A stretch of 64,000 nt of DNA from Atopobiaceae bacterium (GTDB taxonomy: Bacteria; Actinomycetota; Coriobacteriia; Coriobacteriales; Atopobiaceae), in assembly GCA_017533825.1 (NCBI GenBank), contig JAFWIE010000058.1, positions 17,728 through 81,727 on the forward strand. Direction: 5' to 3'. Under the pieces are notes generated by a model. The model saw only the letters and a list, made by a program, of their open reading frames with translations. It searched no databases and was not told the origin of the DNA. This document shows, in pieces, positions 38,021 to 49,241 of this stretch. Both the position numbers and the translations under genes were made by a program. The stretch's first letter is position 1. Each line of letters opens with the position of its first letter.

Positions 38021-38809
38021 CTATCGAATCAGGGCAACGACGAGACCAATCACGAGACTTACGATGATGGCGACGAGCACTGGAATCCATTGGTTGAGCT
38101 GAGGACGGGAATCCAGCTGTGCGTCGCCAGCCTGCGCATCCTCCTGTCCGAGGTATTCCTCCATAACGCTGCTCACGATTTGTCGCGTGTGTTCGTCCGC
38201 GATTCTCTGCCGCTCCTCTTCGGTCAATTCGGGCTGATCGACGTCTTCCGCATCATCGGCGACCTCACCTTCGAGCTCCAGCTCTTCTGGCTTGGTGTAT
38301 TCCCGTATTACGACGAGCGCGTCGGCCATCTGGGCCAGCTGCTCCGACTTCTTCTGGCTGTCCTGCGCGAGCGCATCCAGCCGCGTGCGTAGCTCGGCCA
38401 CATCCGCGTTCGTCGCCTGACGCGTCTCGCCACTCAGCTGTATGCCCAATCGTGCGTAATACGTCAGCGCATCCTGCTCGCTGCATGCATTCTCTGCGGA
38501 ATACGCCTGTATTCTTTCGCGTATGTCAACTGGGACCAGAGACGTCTGCTGCGCGGGCTCAATGGTGGGCAGCTTCTGCAATGCCTCCAGGCGCGCCTCG
38601 ATCTTCTGCAGGGCTTCGCGCGAACCGTCGTCCTTTGCCTCAGCAGCATTGGGCTGGATGCCGCCCTCCTCGAGTGCGATGCCCGCACGCGCGAAGTGGC
38701 TCATGGCCTCCGCCTTGGTACAGCTGTGCTCGGTTGCGTAAGCGTTGATCTTCTCGTTCAGATCCTCGGGCATACGCATGCTAAAGGTTGTCGGGCGTTT
38801 GGTTGCCAT
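38021..38809 (-). CDS. Tandem ribbon-helix-helix (CopG/Arc-like) protein with a C-terminal transmembrane anchor
   Basis: 262-aa ORF with two similar segments, TTFSMRMPEDLNEKINAYATEHSCTKAEAMSHFARAGI and LVPVDIRERIQAYSAENACSEQDALTYYARLGI. These are followed by a coiled-coil/acidic linker and the terminal WIPVLVAIIVSLVIGLVVALIR. Confidence 0.6.
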   Translation of the reverse strand: MATKRPTTFSMRMPEDLNEKINAYATEHSCTKAEAMSHFARAGIALEEGGIQPNAAEAKDDGSREALQKIEARLEALQKLPTIEPAQQTSLVPVDIRERIQAYSAENACSEQDALTYYARLGIQLSGETRQATNADVAELRTRLDALAQDSQKKSEQLAQMADALVVIREYTKPEELELEGEVADDAEDVDQPELTEEERQRIADEHTRQIVSSVMEEYLGQEDAQAGDAQLDSRPQLNQWIPVLVAIIVSLVIGLVVALIR

Positions 38810-38929
38810 TACTCACGCCTTTCGAGTATTACGATAGGTAATGCACACGCATTTTAGCATGTTACACCTTGCATCGACCTTCCATGATCGAGCGTGCCTC
38901 CCCTTACACGCAGCATCGTGCGCGCACAA

Positions 38930-38954
38930 CAAAAAACCGAGGCTTGCGCCTCGG
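38930..38954 (-). terminator. Rho-independent terminator after tRNA-Ala
   Basis: The minus strand reads CCGAGGCGCAAGCCTCGG followed by TTTTTTG. Confidence 0.8.
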
Positions 38955-38964
38955 TTCTAAGTTC

Positions 38965-39040
38965 TGGTGGAGACGATGGGGATCGAACCCACGACCTCAG
39001 GCTTGCAAAGCCCGCGCTCTCCCAGCTGAGCTACGTCCCC
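38965..39040 (-). tRNA. tRNA-Ala (anticodon UGC), CCA encoded
   Basis: The reverse complement reads GGGGACGTAGCTCAGCTGGGAGAGC..CTTTGCAAG..GGTTCGATCC..CGTCTCCACCA. The G3:U70 pair is present. Confidence 0.9.
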
Positions 39041-39096
39041 GTAATAACCGCCCCAGCGGCGACTCGGCTCACGCTGGGGCGGCTATTGTCAAAGGA

Positions 39097-39173
39097 TGGT
39101 GGGCCTGACAAGGCTCGAACTTGTGACCTCCCGGTTATCAGCCGGACGCTCTGACCAACTGAGCTACAGGCCC
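39097..39173 (-). tRNA. tRNA-Ile (anticodon GAU), CCA encoded
   Basis: The reverse complement reads GGGCCTGTAGCTCAGTTGGTCAGAGC..GGCTGATAACCG..GGTTCGAGCC..CAGGCCCACCA. Confidence 0.9.
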
Positions 39174-39273
39174 ATCCGCAAGTAGATACAATACCCCAAC
39201 TCCCACATCCCGTCAAGCACAAACCGAAACTTTTTTTGAGCATGCGGTCCGATCCGCTTGATTGCCAACGGTC

Positions 39274-39831
39274 TTACGACGCCTTGCGCATCTTTGCGAC
39301 CGCACGCGAGAGCTTCGTGCCCACCGTCGAGGCATTCATACCGAGCTGGACGGCAATCTCTTTGTTGGAGAGCTCTTGGTAGAACTTGAGGTACACGAGC
39401 TCGCGTTCCTCGTCGTTAAGCAGCGCGAGGAGCTTCTCTGCCACCTGAGACGCATCCTCCTCGTAGCCCGGCTCCTCTTCTGGGGCCGCGATGGTGGAAA
39501 GGTCCGTGTCGAGTTCGCTCTCCGTCCACACATCCCTGCGCTTGCGCGTCCTCATCCTGCTGTACGCGACGTTACGCGCAATGGTACACACCCACGTGGA
39601 GAAGGATGCCTTGCTATCGTCAAACCGATCGAACGCCTTTGCCGCCTTCAGAAATGCCTCGCTTACGACGTCTTCCGTCTCGTCGTGGCTCATCGTAAGC
39701 GTATAGACGTATGCATAGACGCGCTTGTAGCTTTCGTGATAGTACTTAGCGAACGCACGCTTATCGCGTGCGTTCGCATCATCGTCTCCCACAAGGCTCA
39801 AATGCCGTCTACGATTCACCTTGCCTAGCAT
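39274..39831 (-). CDS. ECF-type RNA polymerase sigma-70 family factor
   Basis: 185-aa ORF. Region 2 (DVVSEAFLKAAKAFDRFD..FSTWVCTIARNV) and region 4 HTH (LSNKEIAVQLGMNASTVGTKLSRA). Confidence 0.85.
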   Translation of the reverse strand: MLGKVNRRRHLSLVGDDDANARDKRAFAKYYHESYKRVYAYVYTLTMSHDETEDVVSEAFLKAAKAFDRFDDSKASFSTWVCTIARNVAYSRMRTRKRRDVWTESELDTDLSTIAAPEEEPGYEEDASQVAEKLLALLNDEERELVYLKFYQELSNKEIAVQLGMNASTVGTKLSRAVAKMRKAS

Positions 39832-39882
39832 CGCAACACCTCACTGCACTCCGTGGCAGCACGAGTGTGCGCCATTTTGTCT

Positions 39883-40089
39883 CTACAGGTCTTCGGTTCC
39901 TCTTAGCATAGCATCCACATCGCCGGCGGCCGATAACAATTCGAGCTCGTCATCGGAGATTTCACGCTCGAAGTCGACCTCCTCAAAGATCCGCGCGAGC
40001 AGCTCGTCCTCGTGCTCCTTGCGCCGTGCCCTAAAGCCGCCAATGCCACGCTTGAGTGCCATTGCGATCTGATTCTCGCTCATTGCCAT
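39883..40089 (-). CDS. Small acidic protein (68 aa) immediately upstream of the ECF sigma gene
   Basis: ORF 39883..40167. The start MAMSENQ at 40089 follows GAGGAGGAAGAA. Sequence ..EISDDELELLSAAGDVDAMLRGTEDL. It has no TM and no zinc motif. Confidence 0.45.
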   Translation of the reverse strand: MAMSENQIAMALKRGIGGFRARRKEHEDELLARIFEEVDFEREISDDELELLSAAGDVDAMLRGTEDL

Positions 40090-40263
40090 TTCTTCCTCCT
40101 CGACGTAATGTCGGTCCATCTTGCTTGCGGTTGTCTGTTGTACGCCGTAGTTTACGACCTGTCTCACGCGATGCTGTAAAAAACCTCTGAAATTGGGTGT
40201 CCGGCGTCATACGATGGCGCCTCCTTGAGTACCATACCATCCGGTTTAGGAGAAGGGATTCGC

Positions 40264-40776
40264 ATGGGACAAATTCGTATGGACATCCAGTCCATCGTCG
40301 TGGGTGGCGGCCCGGTCGCCTCGTTGGTGGTGCTCAAGCCGCGCCAAGACGAGGCAGAGGGGCTCGGCAAGCTCCCCATACGCATCGGAAGCGTGGAGGC
40401 GGCAGCTATCAGCATGGGTATTGACCCCAGCAAGGCCCACACGCGTCCCATGACGCACGACCTCATGCGCTCCGTCATCCAGACGCTCGGCGCCACGCTC
40501 ACGCGCGTGATTATCACACGCGTGAAGGGGACTACCTTCTTTGCGCAGCTCCAGCTCACCACGGCGGAGGGGGAGACGCTTTGGGTGGATTCCCGTCCGT
40601 CCGACGCAGTCGCGCTCGCCGTCCGCATGCATGCGCCGATCTTTGCCGACGAGCATGTCTTGAGCACTGCGGCGCTCCCAGACTTCGAGTCCATAGAGCG
40701 CGACGAGCGCGAGAGGGAGGCAGCTGCGTTCCACGACTTCGTCGAGGGCCTCACGCCTGAGGACTTCGCCCAGTAG
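40264..40776 (+). CDS. Bifunctional nuclease (BFN/DUF151) family protein
   Basis: ORF 40225..40776. ATG 40264 follows AGGAGA. Contains LPIRIGSVEAAAI, TRPMTHDL and DSRPSDAVALA. Confidence 0.8.
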   Translation: MGQIRMDIQSIVVGGGPVASLVVLKPRQDEAEGLGKLPIRIGSVEAAAISMGIDPSKAHTRPMTHDLMRSVIQTLGATLTRVIITRVKGTTFFAQLQLTTAEGETLWVDSRPSDAVALAVRMHAPIFADEHVLSTAALPDFESIERDEREREAAAFHDFVEGLTPEDFAQ

Positions 40777-40829
40777 GGGCGGCAGCGCGCTCCATCCGCG
40801 ACGACAGGGGGCTCTACCACAACAGGGGA

Positions 40830-42434
40830 CTAGGCCTTGAGTCGCTCGCGATCGAGGAACCCGAGGCGATTCGCTTGTCTCACCATCTCCAGCTGCAGCA
40901 TGGCCTGGTTCGCCGCGTTGGCAACCAGACCAAAGAGTATGTCGAAGATCATCGCATCGAGGAAGGCGTCGCTCGATATGCCCAGCACGCCGAAAAGCGC
41001 GATGTAGGCAAGGAGGTTCGCACCGGGCACGGGGGGCGTCGCCACAAAGAGCAACACATCGAGCACGATCATCGTCGCGTACTGCGACGCCGTCGCATCG
41101 AATCCGTACTCACGTGCGCAGAACATCGTAATCGCCAGCGTCCCCACGATGCTCGACGGCATGTACAGGACCAATCCCTGGGGGAGCGTCACACTCGTGA
41201 ACGCCTCATTCATTCCCAGGTCCCTCGTGCAGGAGTATTCCGTCGCACCGTATGACGCATCCAAGGTTCCCGCCCGCATGGCAGTCACAAAGGGGAGCCT
41301 GAGCTTTTCGACCAACCGACGCGGACCCACACCCGTTTGTTTGCAGGTTACGGCCAGATCTATGGCCATGAGGGCCGCGGTGGTGATCACCGACAACAAC
41401 AAGGGCTTCCATAGCTGCAGAAGGACGGTAACTTGGTTGTCCCAAATCTCCAAGGCAAGTAAGATGCCCGCAAAGAGCGGCACGAAGCTGCTCACCCAAT
41501 TGGTTATCAGCGAAGCCACGGCATTCGACTGGCGAACTATCCTCACAAGGTCGGTAACCTGTTCCCCCAGCGCAATGAGCGCACTGCCAACGATTGCCGC
41601 GAGGAAGAGGAGCTGGGGCGTATTTGACGTCGCGAACGGCTCCACGATATGCTCGGGAATGAAGCGCATCATGCCATCGAGCAGCTGCGCGATTCTGCGC
41701 ATCTCGATTTCCTCATGGATGGCCCCGACCCGCAGCACGAGGGCGGAAACCACCACCGTCACGAACGCGATGAAGAAGCTTATCCCAAAGTACCTCGCAA
41801 CCATGTGGCGCCACGAACCCCCGCGCTCATCGACCTGACGCATGTCGAGCAGCGTCGTGATTACCATGAGGAACACGACGGGACCGGCAAGTGCGTTGAG
41901 TAACCGCGTCCACATATTAAAGAGTGGGCTGAAGAGCGTGTCGTTGACCATGTCGCGCGTGGACTCGGGGAGCACAAGCATGCCCAGCACGCCGAGCACG
42001 CCACCGACGAACATGCCTCCCAGCAACGCGGCAGCGGGGTTTATGCCGGCGTAGGGGAGGGGAATGCGCAAGACGTTCTTGCCTCCCACATACGAATAGT
42101 GCGAGCGGATGCCCACCCACGTGAACAGCAGGGAAGCCGAGTCGTCAGAATCCGCGTCCGTGTTGCTCAGGGGGTTGTAGGCCTCACCAACGTGCTCGAC
42201 GCGGATGGACCTGCCGATGAGGCTGTTCACGATCGAGACCACGGCCTCGTCTTGTTCCCCAAAGCGGTCGCGCAGGCAGAGAAGCGCATCCTCACCCGTA
42301 AGCCGCAGGCGAATGAGGTTGCGCCGCTCGATGCCCATCTCGCCAAGGGCCTCGTTCAGCCAGTCGGAGCATCCGTCGATGCCCTCGCCCGTGAGCTGCA
42401 CAACCCTCGTCGCCTCGCCCCTGTCCAAGACCAT
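40830..42434 (-). CDS. Dicarboxylate/amino acid:cation symporter (SDF/DAACS) family transporter with a ~120-aa N-terminal soluble extension
   Basis: 534-aa ORF. The polytopic C-terminal ~400 aa have SDF-like helices. The N-terminal 120 aa are hydrophilic. Confidence 0.7.
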   Translation of the reverse strand: MVLDRGEATRVVQLTGEGIDGCSDWLNEALGEMGIERRNLIRLRLTGEDALLCLRDRFGEQDEAVVSIVNSLIGRSIRVEHVGEAYNPLSNTDADSDDSASLLFTWVGIRSHYSYVGGKNVLRIPLPYAGINPAAALLGGMFVGGVLGVLGMLVLPESTRDMVNDTLFSPLFNMWTRLLNALAGPVVFLMVITTLLDMRQVDERGGSWRHMVARYFGISFFIAFVTVVVSALVLRVGAIHEEIEMRRIAQLLDGMMRFIPEHIVEPFATSNTPQLLFLAAIVGSALIALGEQVTDLVRIVRQSNAVASLITNWVSSFVPLFAGILLALEIWDNQVTVLLQLWKPLLLSVITTAALMAIDLAVTCKQTGVGPRRLVEKLRLPFVTAMRAGTLDASYGATEYSCTRDLGMNEAFTSVTLPQGLVLYMPSSIVGTLAITMFCAREYGFDATASQYATMIVLDVLLFVATPPVPGANLLAYIALFGVLGISSDAFLDAMIFDILFGLVANAANQAMLQLEMVRQANRLGFLDRERLKA

Positions 42435-42459
42435 GAGCCCTCCGTCCCCGCATAAGACC

Positions 42460-42494
42460 GCGCCCCGACGCCGCTACGCACGGTGTCGGGGCGC
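42460..42494 (-). terminator. Hairpin downstream of gyrA
   Basis: gcgccccgac pairs with gtcggggcgc (10-bp stem). There is no strong T-tract. Confidence 0.45.
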
Positions 42495-42521
42495 AACGAC
42501 GTTGGGAGCGATGTCGTCGTG

Positions 42522-45332
42522 CTATTCGTCGAGCAGACTCTCGTCGAAGTCCTCCTCGCCGACATCCACGCTCGTCGGGTCTTCGACCTGGATGTCAAGC
42601 ATCGCCTGCGCCTCGCCCGCACCGGCCTGACGCCTTGGCGCCTTCTTCTTGCGGGCGATCATGCGCGCCATCGCGCTCACCCGATCGCCTTCGGCAAGAT
42701 TCATGATCTTGACTCCTTGCGTGGCACGGCCAAGCTTGCTGATGTCTTCCGCCTTCACGCGAATCATCACGCCCGCCTCGCTCACGATCATGAGCTCGTG
42801 CTGCGGACCAACCACACGACAGGCCACCAGCTTGCCCTTGCGAGCCGTCATGGCGATGGTGAAGACGCCCTGGCCACCGCGCCTGTGCTCGGGATACTCC
42901 GAGACGGACGTGCGCTTACCGAAGCCGTTCTCGGTCATGACGACGAGGTCACCGTTGCCGTTGGTTATCTCCATGCCCAGTACCCGCGCATCGCCCTTGA
43001 GGTTGATGCCACGCACGCCGGAAGTGTCGCGACCCATGGGCCGTACCTGCGACTCGTCAAAGAGGATGGCCTTGCCATCGGTGCTGCAGAGGATGACCTT
43101 GCTCCCCGGCTTCACGCGGCGCACGCCCACGAGCTCGTCATCTACCTTCAGCTTTATGGCGATGAGACCACCCGCACGATTCACGTCATAGGCGCTCATG
43201 GAGGTCTTCTTTACCATGCCCGACGCCGTAGCGAACATGAGGAACTCATCCTCGGGGAAGTCCCTGGCCGTAAGCACGGCAAGCGGGTGCTCGCCATCCG
43301 CGAGACTGAGCACGTTGACGAGCGCCGAGCCGCGGGCCTGACGGCTTCCCAGCGGCAACTCGTGCACCTTCAGACGGTACACCTTGCCTTTGTTGGTGAA
43401 GAAGAGCACGTAGTCGTGGGTACTCGCCACAAAGAGGTCTTCGACGTAGTCGTTGTCCTTGAGCGAGAGGCCTCGCATGCCTTTGCCGCCCCGACGCTGC
43501 GAGCGATACGTCGCCACCGGAAGGCGCTTGACGTAACCTGCGTGCGTGAAGGTGACGACCATGTCTTCCTCGGCGATGAGGTCCTCCACGTCGAGGTTCT
43601 CGGCAGCGCCTGCATTGATCTGCGTGCGACGCGGCGTGCCAAAGCGTGCCGCGATCTGGCGCAGCTCGTCCTTGATGACGCCGAGCATCTTGTCCTCATG
43701 GTCGAGCAGATCCTGCAGGTAGGCAATCCGCTCGCGCAGCTCCTCGATCTGGGCGACGAGCTCGTCGCGCGCCAGTGCCGTCAGACGACGCAGGCGCATC
43801 TGGAGGATGGCCTCGCACTGAATCTCGGAGAGGCCGAAGCGCTCGTTCATGCGCCGCTTGGACTCCTTGTCGTCGCGCGAGCTGCGGATGATGTGGACGA
43901 TCTCGTCGATGTTGTCGACGGCGATGAGCAGACCCTCGCGCACGTGCAGGTCCTTCTGCGCCTTGGCAAGGTCGAACTTGGTGCGCCGGGTGACAACGTC
44001 CACTTGATGGTCGATGTAGTAGCGCAGCATCTCGAGCAGGGTGAGGGTGCGCGGCACGCCGTCCACGAGGGCGATGTCGATGACGCCGAAGTTCGATTGG
44101 AGCTGGGTGCGTTTGTAGAGGTTGTTGAGCACTACCTGCGGCACAGCGCCCTGCTTGAGATCGATGACGATGCGCATGCCCTTGCGGTTCGACTCGTCGC
44201 GCATGTCGGAGATGCCCTCGATGCGCTTCTCGTTGACTTGCTGGGCAATCTTCTCTTGCAGCGTGCCTTTGTTCACCTGGTAGGGGATCTCGGTGACGAC
44301 GAGCCGCTGGCGGCCGCCCTTGCGCTGCTCCACGTGCACCTTCGAGCGGACGGTGATGGAGCCGCGGCCCGTTGCGTAGGCGTCGCGAATGCCGTCGGTT
44401 CCCATGATGATGCCGCCGGTGGGGAAGTCTGGCCCAGGAAGCACCTTCATGACGTCGTCGAGCGTGGCGTCGGGGTTGTCGATGACGAGGCATACCGCCT
44501 CAACCACCTCCGAGAGGTTATGGGGCGGCACGTTGGTCGCCATGCCCACTGCGATACCGGATGAACCGTTGACCAGCAGATTTGGGAAGCGGCTCGGAAG
44601 CACCGCGGGTTCCGAGAGGGACTCATCGTAGTTGGGTTGGAGATCGACGGTCTCTTTGTCGAGGTCGCGCAGCATCTCCATCGCGGCATGGGTCAGGCGG
44701 CTCTCCGTATAGCGCATGGCCGCCGGGGGGTCGCCGTCCACCGAGCCGAAGTTTCCATGGCCATCCACGAGCGGCAGGCGCATCGAGAAGTCCTGCGCCA
44801 TGCGCACCATGGAATCGTAGATGGCCGCATCGCCATGGGGGTGGTACTTGCCCATGACCTCGCCGACGGTCCACGCACTCTTCTTGTGCGGGCGCGTCGG
44901 CACGATATGGGCCTCGTTCATGGCGTACAGGATGCGGCGGTGCACGGGCTTGAGGCCGTCGCGCACGTCCGGAAGGGCGCGGGCGACGATGACGGACATG
45001 GAGTACTCGAGGAAGGAGGTCTTCATCTCCTGGCTCATCTCGATGGGCTTGAGCGTACCGCCATGGATGTCCGTGAGGTCAAGGCGCGTTCCCGCCTCGT
45101 CGCTGATGGTATGGGAGAGACCCGCGCCCGCGAGGCCGAGCGAACCCTGCTCGGGTGGATAGTCGTCCTCCTCGTCGTCATAGACGTCAGAGGGGTCCTC
45201 GTCCTCGAGCTCGGGGTCAACCTCCATGTCGTGCATCGCGCGATTGACGAGGTCGTCCAGGTGGTCGCGTCCGTCCGGCCCCCTCAGCTCCTCCTCGTCG
45301 TCGTTGCGAATCTCGTCGTCGTTATCTGCCAA
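42522..45332 (-). CDS. gyrA: DNA gyrase subunit A, with an acidic ~95-aa N-terminal extension if the TTG at 45332 is used
   Basis: 936-aa ORF. The TTG start follows AGGAGAC. Contains [35 protein letters not shown], the active-site AAMRYTE, and C-terminal beta-pinwheel repeats. Confidence 0.95.
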   Translation of the reverse strand: MADNDDEIRNDDEEELRGPDGRDHLDDLVNRAMHDMEVDPELEDEDPSDVYDDEEDDYPPEQGSLGLAGAGLSHTISDEAGTRLDLTDIHGGTLKPIEMSQEMKTSFLEYSMSVIVARALPDVRDGLKPVHRRILYAMNEAHIVPTRPHKKSAWTVGEVMGKYHPHGDAAIYDSMVRMAQDFSMRLPLVDGHGNFGSVDGDPPAAMRYTESRLTHAAMEMLRDLDKETVDLQPNYDESLSEPAVLPSRFPNLLVNGSSGIAVGMATNVPPHNLSEVVEAVCLVIDNPDATLDDVMKVLPGPDFPTGGIIMGTDGIRDAYATGRGSITVRSKVHVEQRKGGRQRLVVTEIPYQVNKGTLQEKIAQQVNEKRIEGISDMRDESNRKGMRIVIDLKQGAVPQVVLNNLYKRTQLQSNFGVIDIALVDGVPRTLTLLEMLRYYIDHQVDVVTRRTKFDLAKAQKDLHVREGLLIAVDNIDEIVHIIRSSRDDKESKRRMNERFGLSEIQCEAILQMRLRRLTALARDELVAQIEELRERIAYLQDLLDHEDKMLGVIKDELRQIAARFGTPRRTQINAGAAENLDVEDLIAEEDMVVTFTHAGYVKRLPVATYRSQRRGGKGMRGLSLKDNDYVEDLFVASTHDYVLFFTNKGKVYRLKVHELPLGSRQARGSALVNVLSLADGEHPLAVLTARDFPEDEFLMFATASGMVKKTSMSAYDVNRAGGLIAIKLKVDDELVGVRRVKPGSKVILCSTDGKAILFDESQVRPMGRDTSGVRGINLKGDARVLGMEITNGNGDLVVMTENGFGKRTSVSEYPEHRRGGQGVFTIAMTARKGKLVACRVVGPQHELMIVSEAGVMIRVKAEDISKLGRATQGVKIMNLAEGDRVSAMARMIARKKKAPRRQAGAGEAQAMLDIQVEDPTSVDVGEEDFDESLLDE

Positions 45333-45526
45333 GCTAGTCTCCTATTCCAAAACGCGCCGCGCAGCGGCGCACACACTTTCTTCTCCCCGCGTTTGCACGG
45401 ACGAAGCCCGTACGCTTCCGATTCAGGCTCCTTGGCCGCCGCGCGGTGCTGGTCGAACGCAAGTTCCGCAGCAACGCGAGGACTGTTCGAGCGGGTGACC
45501 AACACCGCGCGGCGGCCACGAATGCC

Positions 45527-47623
<2,097 letters not shown>

Positions 47624-47643
47624 TCAGGGCGTTTTTACATCGC

Positions 47644-48165
47644 CTACGTATCCTCAAGCTTACGGCGCGCCAACGTGGCGCACATCGCGCGAGAGACGCT
47701 TTGGCGAAGGCCATCGGGGAGTTCGGACGTCAACTCCCTCACGCGCTCGAGTTCCAGCGCGCTCAGTTCCCGGGGCTTGCTCGGCACTCGCGTTGCGGTG
47801 GTGGGCGCCTTCGGCCTCGAGGTGGAGGGGGGACGGCCCACGTCGAAGCGAATGTCGCTCACCGCGATTCCCGCGCGGGCGATGCGGGCGAGGTAGAGGT
47901 CTTTGTTGGTGCCAAGTTCTTGCGCGAGGAGACCCGAGTCAAGGCGTACGACCATGATGGGGTCCACGCCCGCGCGACCGGACTTGCGCAGCCACACGCC
48001 CGTGGTATGGGCACGCTCGCGGTCCCCGTTTGCCTGAAACCACGCACGTGCGGCACGCTGGGCATCCGAGAGCTTCGACGTTCCCGCCGCCCCGAACAGC
48101 GCACCAACAAGGTCGCCCGCTCGCGCGACGCCCCGATTCGCTCCGTCAACAACCGCCAAAGTCAA
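47644..48165 (-). CDS. dciA: DUF721 / DciA-like protein (syntenic with the actinobacterial helicase-operating protein between recF and gyrB)
   Basis: 173-aa ORF that overlaps the recF stop by 20 nt. The call rests on its position between recF and gyrB, its size and its basic character. Confidence 0.6.
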   Translation of the reverse strand: MTLAVVDGANRGVARAGDLVGALFGAAGTSKLSDAQRAARAWFQANGDRERAHTTGVWLRKSGRAGVDPIMVVRLDSGLLAQELGTNKDLYLARIARAGIAVSDIRFDVGRPPSTSRPKAPTTATRVPSKPRELSALELERVRELTSELPDGLRQSVSRAMCATLARRKLEDT

Positions 48166-49237
48166 TCACCTCCGCGCACTCGAGCAGCTCGGGAGGGAAG
48201 TATTGGAGGTTCGCGGTGGTGATGACCGTCTGGATCCTCCCGACGACGAACTCCGTGACGGCCGCCCTCCTGCGTGCGTCCAGCTCGCTCATGACGTCGT
48301 CGAGCAGCAGCAGCGGCTGCTCCCCCACGACGTCACGCGCGACGGCGACCTCCGCCATCTTCCAGGCCAACGCCACCGAGCGCTGTTGCCCTTGGCTTCC
48401 GAAACTCCGCGCATCGCGTCCCCCGATGGAGAACGACACGTCATCACGATGGGGCCCCACGAGCGTCACGCCACGTCGCAGCTCCTCGGCGCGGCGCTCG
48501 GCGATGGCATCCAGGATGAGGTCACGCAGCTCGTCGCGGGTGAGCCCTGCGGCATCGGGCCCAATCGAGCAGTCGTACACGCACTCGAGGGGCTCGTCAG
48601 CCACGCGCTCGTACACGCGGCGTATCTGCGTGCGCAGACGCTCGAAAAGCGCCATCCGCGCATGCAGCAGGGTGGCGCCGCCCAATGCCACGGCGCCGTC
48701 CCACGCCTCGAGCATCCCGAGGTCGACGTGGGCCTCCTTAAGCAGGCGGTTTCGCTGCTCGACCGCTCGCGCATACGCCTTGGAAACCTTGCGGTAGCCC
48801 GCGCTCGCCTGCGCCCCGAAGGCGTCGAGGGCGTCTCGCCGGGCGCGGGCCGACCCCTTGACCAGAGAGAGGTCGTCGGGGCAGAAGAGCACCGACATGA
48901 GCGTCGCGGAGAGGTCAGCCGGCCGACAGGGCTTGCCGTTGCGCTCGTACGTGCGCCGCCTGCCCCGCGCGGCGCGGCAGCACACGTCTATGACGCGCCC
49001 GTCCCCCTCGAGGCGAGCCTTCGCCCGCCCCTCGTCCGCGCCGTCGCGGACGAGCTCGGTCGTTCGCGGGTGCCTGAACGACGTTCCCGCAGTCAACAGC
49101 TGAAGCGCCTCGACGGTGTTCGTCTTGCCCGTCGCGTTCGGGCCGCACAGCACGTTGAGGCCGGGCGTGAGCTCGATGGTGCGCTCCTCGAAGCTGCGCC
49201 AGTCGCTCATCGCGACGCAGGTGACGGTGAGCCCCAC
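48146..49237 (-). CDS. recF: DNA replication and repair protein RecF
   Basis: 363-aa ORF (GTG start) with Walker A GPNATGKTN, the signature GSQGQQRS and LLLLDDV. Confidence 0.95.
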   Translation of the reverse strand: MGLTVTCVAMSDWRSFEERTIELTPGLNVLCGPNATGKTNTVEALQLLTAGTSFRHPRTTELVRDGADEGRAKARLEGDGRVIDVCCRAARGRRRTYERNGKPCRPADLSATLMSVLFCPDDLSLVKGSARARRDALDAFGAQASAGYRKVSKAYARAVEQRNRLLKEAHVDLGMLEAWDGAVALGGATLLHARMALFERLRTQIRRVYERVADEPLECVYDCSIGPDAAGLTRDELRDLILDAIAERRAEELRRGVTLVGPHRDDVSFSIGGRDARSFGSQGQQRSVALAWKMAEVAVARDVVGEQPLLLLDDVMSELDARRRAAVTEFVVGRIQTVITTANLQYFPPELLECAEVIDFGGC

Positions 49238-49241
49238 GTGG

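Noticed and set aside
38965-39173. Possible rRNA operon fragment around tRNA-Ile/tRNA-Ala
   Set aside because: No 16S 3'-end or 23S 5'-end sequence is recognisable in the flanks. The ECF sigma gene lies upstream and a terminator downstream.
40164-40820. 218-aa minus-strand ORF
   Set aside because: It is antisense to the well-supported BFN/DUF151 gene and has a shadow-like composition.
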